Assembly (NCBI GenBank): GCA_024233625.1
Contig: JACKPJ010000004.1
Span: 91,905 to 155,904, forward strand
Origin: Deltaproteobacteria bacterium
GTDB lineage: Bacteria > UBA10199 > DSSB01
Direction of reading: 5' to 3'
DNA length: 64,000 nucleotides
Below are positions 7,880 through 14,158 of this stretch, piece after piece; the stretch's first letter is position 1, and each line of letters starts with the position of its first letter. Below the pieces are notes generated by a model. The model ran no database searches and had not been told where the DNA came from. It was given only the letters and a program-made list of their open reading frames with translations. The position numbers and the translations under genes were made by a program.

Positions 7880-9016
7880 TTATAATTCCTTTTCGTAAAT
7901 ACGATAGGTCTTGTAGCGCTTTCCTCCCATGAGTTCAATTCCCTGATTGATCGAAGTATTGTCTTCCAAAGTCCAGGAAAGTTCTCCTCTCATGTAGCCG
8001 TTGGCTTTGCCTCGGGTGTGGATTTCGGTGTAGAGCAGCATACTGAGCATGTTAAAGGGATGTTGTCGGAATTCTTTTTTGATACCCAATAAAAGCAAAC
8101 GGGCGTTGTCGCATTTTCGTCTTTTGATTCTCCAAAGCAGTTTTAAAAAGCCCAGAGGAAAGAGCTTGCCGTTGAGGCCCCGGATATATTCGTAAAAATT
8201 GGGAAGCGTCAGACACATGGCTGCGGGTTCGCCTTTGATTTCGGCAATGAGGGCAATCTTGGGATCGATGAAGAGCTTGAGATCTTTGGCCATTTGTTTG
8301 ACTTCGTAGTTTTGCAAAGGAACAAAGCCCCAATTATTCGCCCAGGCCGAGTTAAAAATATCCATGATTTTTTCGAGGTCGGCCTCCAGTTCACTTAGGC
8401 GAATTGGCCTCACCGTCAGGTCGGGATGCTTGGCTAATTCGGCAGCCAGTTGCAGTGGGGTATCAGGAATGTCTCCGGCCAAATAATTCCAGGCATAGAG
8501 GTCTTTGCATTTTTGATAGTTATTTTCTTCGATCAACTTTTCATAATAAGGAGGGTTGTAGGGCATCATCAAAGTGAGAGGCTGATCAAAGCCTTCGACG
8601 AGCAAACCGGATTCTCCATTGATCGAAAAATTAAAAGGTCCAGTCACCGAGACTGCCCGATTTTTTTTTAAATAATCTTCGGCATGTTCAAAGAGAACCC
8701 GAGCCGTTTCGGGATTATTTTCGGACTCAAAAAAACCAAAGTGACCGACGCGTTTGCCGTGACGTTTTTCGTATTCCTCATCGATCTGTGCCGAAATCCT
8801 TCCGACGACTTCTCCATTGCGTTTTGCCAAAAAAAGTTGAACCTGGGCATGTTGAAAGAAAGGATTTTTTTTGGGGTTGAAGAGGCGCTTTCTCTCAAAA
8901 TTGAGAGGCGCAATCCAGTGAGGATCGTTTTGATAAATTTGATGAGGCAGACCAATAAATTGTTTGAGCTCGGACTTGGTCTCTACCGGAACAATTTTAA
9001 GTTCAGCCGAGGGCAT
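7880..9016 (-). CDS. GNAT-like acyltransferase of unknown specificity (candidate bacterial ceramide synthase)
   Basis: I chose the ATG at 9016 (MPSAELKIVPV...) because the longer ORF start at 9109 would overlap spt by 107 nt. With 9016 the start/stop overlap with spt is 14 nt. 'FLAKRNGEVVGRISAQID' and the C-terminal half resemble the roughly 380-aa GNAT-related family. Confidence 0.6.
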   Translation of the reverse strand: MPSAELKIVPVETKSELKQFIGLPHQIYQNDPHWIAPLNFERKRLFNPKKNPFFQHAQVQLFLAKRNGEVVGRISAQIDEEYEKRHGKRVGHFGFFESENNPETARVLFEHAEDYLKKNRAVSVTGPFNFSINGESGLLVEGFDQPLTLMMPYNPPYYEKLIEENNYQKCKDLYAWNYLAGDIPDTPLQLAAELAKHPDLTVRPIRLSELEADLEKIMDIFNSAWANNWGFVPLQNYEVKQMAKDLKLFIDPKIALIAEIKGEPAAMCLTLPNFYEYIRGLNGKLFPLGFLKLLWRIKRRKCDNARLLLLGIKKEFRQHPFNMLSMLLYTEIHTRGKANGYMRGELSWTLEDNTSINQGIELMGGKRYKTYRIYEKEL

Positions 9017-10274
9017 TGCTCGCCTGCTTTTGAAGAAGGTGGTAGCGTTCTCCGACGACTTGAAAGGCATCCAGTGCTTGCTGAATATGTGAATCGTTGT
9101 GAGAAGCAATGGTGCTGATACGCAAAAGTGCCTTGTCGGGGGGCACTGCCGGATACACGACGGGATTGATGTAGACGCCCGCGTTGAGGAGTTCTTTCCA
9201 TAAGGTGAGTGTCGTCAAGTCATCTCCCAAAAATATCGGAATGATTGGGGTTTCACTGGGGCCCACATCCCAACCCATCTCAACCAACCCGTTTTTGAGT
9301 TTTTCGGCATTTTTTTGAACTTGCCGGACGCGTTCGGGTTCCTCTTGCAAAATATGAAATGCCGCGCGGGCAGCTGCCAAATTAGAAGGCGTGATCGAGG
9401 CCGAAAAAATCATCGATCTCCCAAAATGCTTGATGTAATTGATAAGGTCGGAATCTCCAGCAACGTAGCCCCCTGTGGAAGCGAGTGCCTTGGAAAAGGT
9501 TGCCGTGATGAGGTCGACTTCTTTGCTCAAACCAAAGTGACCGGCAGCGCCTTCTCCGCGAGGGCCCAAAGTTCCGATCGCGTGAGCGTCATCGACAATT
9601 AAAAGTGCCTTGTGTTTTTGACAAACCTTGACGATTTCGGGAAGGGGAGCGATGTCGCCCTCCATGCTGAAAATTCCGTCGGTGACTACAATTTTTTGAC
9701 GATCTGCTGGAGTTTTTTCTAAAGATTTGCCCAATGACTCCGCATCGAGGTGTTTATAAAATACTGGACGTGCAGCACTCATGCTGACGGCATCCCACAT
9801 GCTGGCGTGATTGAGTTTGTCCAAAAAGACGGTGGTGTTGGGATCGGTGAGTGCCGTGATGGTTCCAATATTGACTTGGTATCCGGTGGTGAAAATCAGA
9901 GCGGCTTCCTTGCCCAAAAAATCGGCGATTTCTTCTTCAAATTCTTCGTGTAAACTTAAAGTTCCGTTGAGGAGGCGCGAACCCGTCATACTGGTGCCAT
10001 AGGTCTCGATAGCCTTGATGGCTGCTTCACGGACTTTAGGATGTGTGGTTAAACCGAGATAATTATTAGAGCCCATCATGATGACGCGTTGACCATTGAG
10101 CACAGCCTCGGCACCCTGGTTATCATCTAAAGCTTGAAAGTAAGGGTAGGCCTCGAGTTCGCTCGTCAATTGAATGAGCTTTTGAAATTCCTGTGCTCGT
10201 GTGCGAATGTCTTTGTCTCCCATATTATTGAGAGAGAGACGACTGTTAAGAAGCTGATCAAGATTTTTTGTCAT
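9003..10274 (-). CDS. spt: Serine palmitoyltransferase-like alpha-oxoamine synthase (PLP)
   Basis: 'GSRLLNGT' is the SPT-type variant of the AOS glycine-rich loop. It also has 'DDAH', the PLP-lysine region 'TFSKALAS' and 'FSMEGDIAPL'. ATG at 10274, with an alternative TTG at 10283. Confidence 0.8.
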   Translation of the reverse strand: MTKNLDQLLNSRLSLNNMGDKDIRTRAQEFQKLIQLTSELEAYPYFQALDDNQGAEAVLNGQRVIMMGSNNYLGLTTHPKVREAAIKAIETYGTSMTGSRLLNGTLSLHEEFEEEIADFLGKEAALIFTTGYQVNIGTITALTDPNTTVFLDKLNHASMWDAVSMSAARPVFYKHLDAESLGKSLEKTPADRQKIVVTDGIFSMEGDIAPLPEIVKVCQKHKALLIVDDAHAIGTLGPRGEGAAGHFGLSKEVDLITATFSKALASTGGYVAGDSDLINYIKHFGRSMIFSASITPSNLAAARAAFHILQEEPERVRQVQKNAEKLKNGLVEMGWDVGPSETPIIPIFLGDDLTTLTLWKELLNAGVYINPVVYPAVPPDKALLRISTIASHNDSHIQQALDAFQVVGERYHLLQKQASNALG

Positions 10275-10576
10275 AGTGTTCAAGCCAATTTTAAAGCCGT
10301 TAAAATTTCCCCCTCGACTTTGGGTGATGCTTTCAACTTCTGTTGTCGTGTAAGTCTTGGGTTTTTATTGATGCCGCACATTGTCCAGAATATCTCTAAA
10401 AGTCAAATATATAATCAGAAAGTCCAGAATAGCTGGTCTGAACATTTTTAAAGCTTCTTAGGAGTAAAAACGAAAAATTTAGCTTAAGCTATTGAGTTTT
10501 ATATAAAATGTGCTATATGCACTTTAAATAAATGTTATTGAATTTATTATAGTTTTTCGAGTTTGAGGTAAAGTTA

Positions 10577-12259
10577 ATGCCGGGGAGTCATTCTACATCT
10601 GCTTTAGGTGTTCAAATAAGTGTTGCAGAACTTGGGGTTATTCAAAATTTAATGACTGATTACCTTCAGCCGGCTTATTCTCATTTAAAAGGCGGAGAAG
10701 GCATCAATCTGACTCAGCAAGAGTTAGATTTCTACTTTGGAAACGAGTTCAGGGCGAGAGAATTTACCGACTTTCATCAGCAATTTCAAGCTCTGATCAT
10801 GGGTGAGTCTCAGCTGATGTGTTTGGGAGAGGAGTTTCAGGTCGAGTTAAACCCGGCTCAGGCGGCCTTTGCGCGAAGCGTTTTGCTCTTTTCGCAACGC
10901 ATCCAACATTCTACTAATCCTGAACAAGCAAAGGTTCTTGCTCGACTTTTATCTAAAATTGATGTGTCTAGCTATGCAGATTTTGTGGCTTCAGGGCAGG
11001 CGCGCCGTTTTCGACAACACGAAGCTGCTCGGCGTCGTTGGGCAGGCATGGATAGGTCCCAAGCAGTTCAAGATCAATTGCAGGTCATTTCAAGCTTGTC
11101 GATGACAGTGGATTTTTATGAACGGGCTATTGCGTTTACGCTTAAAAAGCTTCTTCCTTTAGAAAACTTGGGGGCATTAGATCGAACTTGGTTGCAAAAT
11201 GAGGGAAGTCAAGTGGTCGAAGATCTTAAAAAGATGGGCATTTATTTGTGGTTAGTCGAAGGAGTACCTTCCCTGCAAGAGGTCGAAGCCGTTATGGAAT
11301 CAGAAGTTGCTCCTCTGCTTCAACCTGGAGAAAGTGTTGAACAAGCCGAGATAGAAATCTTGCGTGTTCGTGAAACAGACGATCGGCAAAGCACTTTAGT
11401 CGTGTTTGTTCAGAGTACAAGTCCTTACAAAAAGATACAGGCAATTGAAATCGATTGGGTGTTTATCACAAACCTGAGTGCCTATTTTAAAGTGATGGAC
11501 TTTCCTTTAAGAACCCAAGAAGAAATTCGTCGTACTCTATATCAAGCTCGGCAAAAAGGGCTCGGATTTTATGTCAAACAAGCCCTTATCGCTAAAGTTG
11601 CTATTCTTCAGCTTCAAGATATTCGTGAAATTTTAAGTAAGGAGGAATTAAGTAGGGAGGAATTGTCGGTTGCAGGTCAGGACCAGAAGTTCAGGCTCAA
11701 GTTCAAAGCTGGTTTGCTGAAAAGGGTTATCTCTGAACTCGAAAAACTGCAACCACTTCATGACTTACTCATGGAGATCGATAGGATGGAAACACATTTT
11801 GGAAGAGCCGATTTATCTGATGGGGGAAGATCGCATCAAGATTCGAGAGTCGGGTTTTCTGGAGCAAATGAAAGGTTTAAAGCTGAAACAAAAGTATTAG
11901 AGAGGCCTCAAAAACCCACTCAAAATGAAAGTTTGGATGTAAGCCCCGATCTAAATGCAGCGTTTCACTCTTTAGTCGATGATATTGCCAACGATAATAG
12001 GCCTGTTGAACAAGCAGTGCTTGACTTTGCAGCACGTTTGATTACTAGTGAAGATCGCCCTGACTGGGCGACTAGTGTCGATATGGTCATTCATGAATTG
12101 CAAAATCAGGGGCCTTATTATGATGAGATTCGCGATCTAACAGGTGATCACGAGCACTTTGATCGTATTATAGTAGAACTGCGTCGCTTTGGTTATTTTG
12201 TTTCAGGAAGTCGACGTCACCGTCGATCAAAGAAGGAAGGTCCACAGTTCCGGCATTAG
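10577..12259 (+). CDS. Orphan paralog P1 (560 aa), family A, basic C-terminus
   Basis: Long ORF with a GAGG RBS 10 nt upstream and 'MPG' N-terminus. No signal peptide or known motif. Clearly paralogous to P2 in the N-terminal, central and C-terminal regions. Ends 'GSRRHRRSKKEGPQFRH'. Confidence 0.75.
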   Translation: MPGSHSTSALGVQISVAELGVIQNLMTDYLQPAYSHLKGGEGINLTQQELDFYFGNEFRAREFTDFHQQFQALIMGESQLMCLGEEFQVELNPAQAAFARSVLLFSQRIQHSTNPEQAKVLARLLSKIDVSSYADFVASGQARRFRQHEAARRRWAGMDRSQAVQDQLQVISSLSMTVDFYERAIAFTLKKLLPLENLGALDRTWLQNEGSQVVEDLKKMGIYLWLVEGVPSLQEVEAVMESEVAPLLQPGESVEQAEIEILRVRETDDRQSTLVVFVQSTSPYKKIQAIEIDWVFITNLSAYFKVMDFPLRTQEEIRRTLYQARQKGLGFYVKQALIAKVAILQLQDIREILSKEELSREELSVAGQDQKFRLKFKAGLLKRVISELEKLQPLHDLLMEIDRMETHFGRADLSDGGRSHQDSRVGFSGANERFKAETKVLERPQKPTQNESLDVSPDLNAAFHSLVDDIANDNRPVEQAVLDFAARLITSEDRPDWATSVDMVIHELQNQGPYYDEIRDLTGDHEHFDRIIVELRRFGYFVSGSRRHRRSKKEGPQFRH

Positions 12260-12332
12260 TAGGCCTATTAAGCTTTTATTCCTGTTTTATAATTGGGACT
12301 AGAGCAGATTAAACAGAGTAAGGATAAAATTT

Positions 12333-14003
12333 ATGCCAGAGATTACTGTCCATTCGGCATCCATTATAAAAACTTGGATACATAATCAGGTGCGTCGTGC
12401 CTATTTAGGTCCTCGTGATAATCAAAAAACAGACGCTTCGTTCGCAGAGGGTTCTCAGGATGCTCTTCATCAGACGGATTTAGAGCATCACATCATCAAC
12501 CGCCAAAGAATCCGCGATTTCTTTTTTTCAGACCTCGAATATCGTGATTTAACAAACTTGGCACGTGATCTGGATTACCTCATGACTGCTGGAAATATGG
12601 AATGTTTGCCAGGGGATCAAAAAATTCCTTTAGATGGACATCAAGCAGCTATCGCCAGTAGTGTTGTTCAATATGTGCGGGCGACGAGTACGTCGGATGC
12701 ATTTACACAGTATTCTCTTAACCCTGATCAGCTCTTAGAACAATTAGGTCAGGCTTATACGCCTCAAAAAAAATCCCGCCAAGAAATTAGAAGACAAGTC
12801 TTTCAGCGCGATCAAAGGCGTTGGGGAAGTTCTAGTCCGCTTTCTCAAACTATGGCTGGAGAAACTATTGATTCAGTGAGTGCTGATTCCGAGAGATATT
12901 CAAGAGAAAATGTTGTGAAGACTCGTTGGGTAAAAGCGGTACCTGTCAAAGATGAGCAGTTGAGTATTTCGGCGACTCGTGCAGCGATGGAGGCTTATTA
13001 TCGTCTTCCCTTGCAAGAAGGACGTTTTGATGTCGCCAAATGGAATAGTGATTATCAAGAGATTCAAAGAGCCTTGGCACTTCAAGGCGTTCAGGTTTGG
13101 GTTTGGGGAGCCGAAATCGGCTCGGAGCAGGTCTTGCAGCAGGTTCATTCAAATCTTTCTGAATATGCTTATTCCGATGCAGAGGTCAGGTCTGGCTTGG
13201 TGGCTTTGACTTTTAAAGTTCTTCCATCTACTCTTACGGGGGAAGATGCTACACCTGACTCAAGTCAGCCGAAAGCCAGGGTGACAGTGGCTGCATTTTT
13301 AGATCCTGTGGAGAGTCCCTCGCTACAAAATAGCATCGATTGGGAGCTCATTGATCAATTGCAAAAAGCGGATTTATCATTGGGTTTAAATTCAAATCAA
13401 AAACAACTTTTGCGAGAAATTCCTCAGCTTCTTGAAAGAGAGCACGCTTTGGACAGCTCTCATATTCGAACTTCGATTTTTATCTTAGAACAAGCCCTCT
13501 CAGGTATTCATCAAGGTCATTTAACTCTTCAAACAGGGAAAGAAACTTATTTATATTATCAAATAAACAAGCTGAACTTACTTTTAAGTCAAGTACCTGA
13601 AGCTAAGATTGAGACTCATTTAGAAGTCGGTCACTTAGAAAGAGAACCCGCAGCACCGCTGTCATTGAAAAGAGGTCTTGAAGAGGCCTACGCTCGCTTT
13701 GAGGGCTTGGTTGTAAGGGATCCGTCTCGAGCAGTCCATAATTTTGCAATTTACCTCGTCGAAAATTCGGGAAATTTTCCGGATTATTTGAATTGGGCCA
13801 CTGATGTCAATGCTGTGCTCTATTACCTCAATGAAGGTGGAGAAAAAATGTATGAACTTGCAAGACTAACCGAAGAAGGCGATTGTTTTTATCAACGCAT
13901 GGACAGTTTACGTCGTTTAGGAGTTTTTAGAGATGCGAGTGCAGAGTTCTTAACTCGTCGGCAGCTGGAGACAATGTCAAAAAAAGGGAGGGTGCTGAAA
14001 TAA
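12333..14003 (+). CDS. Orphan paralog P2 (556 aa), family A
   Basis: AAGGA RBS and 'MPE' N-terminus. Alignable by eye to P1, e.g. 'AVHNFAIYLV..NWATDVNAVLYYLNEGG' against 'AVLDFAARLI..DWATSVDMVIHELQNQG'. Ends 'SKKGRVLK'. Confidence 0.75.
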   Translation: MPEITVHSASIIKTWIHNQVRRAYLGPRDNQKTDASFAEGSQDALHQTDLEHHIINRQRIRDFFFSDLEYRDLTNLARDLDYLMTAGNMECLPGDQKIPLDGHQAAIASSVVQYVRATSTSDAFTQYSLNPDQLLEQLGQAYTPQKKSRQEIRRQVFQRDQRRWGSSSPLSQTMAGETIDSVSADSERYSRENVVKTRWVKAVPVKDEQLSISATRAAMEAYYRLPLQEGRFDVAKWNSDYQEIQRALALQGVQVWVWGAEIGSEQVLQQVHSNLSEYAYSDAEVRSGLVALTFKVLPSTLTGEDATPDSSQPKARVTVAAFLDPVESPSLQNSIDWELIDQLQKADLSLGLNSNQKQLLREIPQLLEREHALDSSHIRTSIFILEQALSGIHQGHLTLQTGKETYLYYQINKLNLLLSQVPEAKIETHLEVGHLEREPAAPLSLKRGLEEAYARFEGLVVRDPSRAVHNFAIYLVENSGNFPDYLNWATDVNAVLYYLNEGGEKMYELARLTEEGDCFYQRMDSLRRLGVFRDASAEFLTRRQLETMSKKGRVLK

Positions 14004-14076
14004 TTATTTAACTGTAATGATAGTTTTTTTATTTTCATAGCAGAAAAATTTTGTGTTTTAAATCATAAAACTAAGC

Positions 14077-14099
14077 AACTTTTTGCTAATTGAAGCGAT
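14077..14099 (+). promoter_or_regulatory. ECF-type promoter-like motif AAC-N16-CGAT upstream of P3
   Basis: 'GCAACTTTTT' then 11 nt then 'CGATA'. The 14-mer 'ctaagcaacttttt' (14071-14084) is repeated at 16462-16475. The architecture matches 58947-58970. Confidence 0.4.
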
Positions 14100-14158
14100 A
14101 ACTATAGAAAAAAATAATGATAAAATTTATTCTTTAAAAACATAGGGGAATCCATTTC

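Noticed and set aside
9017-9109. Longer start of the GNAT-like ORF at 9109
   Set aside because: It would overlap the spt 3' end by 107 nt. The internal ATG at 9016 gives a 14-nt overlap with the end of spt, consistent with translational coupling, and a sensible N-terminus.
10134-10451. 105-aa plus-strand ORF spanning the spt 5' end and the spt/P1 intergenic region
   Set aside because: Half of it is antisense to a well-supported gene. It has no RBS and no recognisable sequence features, so it is likely spurious.
11639-11668. Imperfect 15-nt tandem duplication 'aaggaggaattaagt agggaggaattgtcg' resembling repeated Shine-Dalgarno sites
   Set aside because: It lies in frame inside P1 and encodes 'KEELSREELS'. 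It is a short in-frame duplication, not a regulatory or CRISPR-like repeat.
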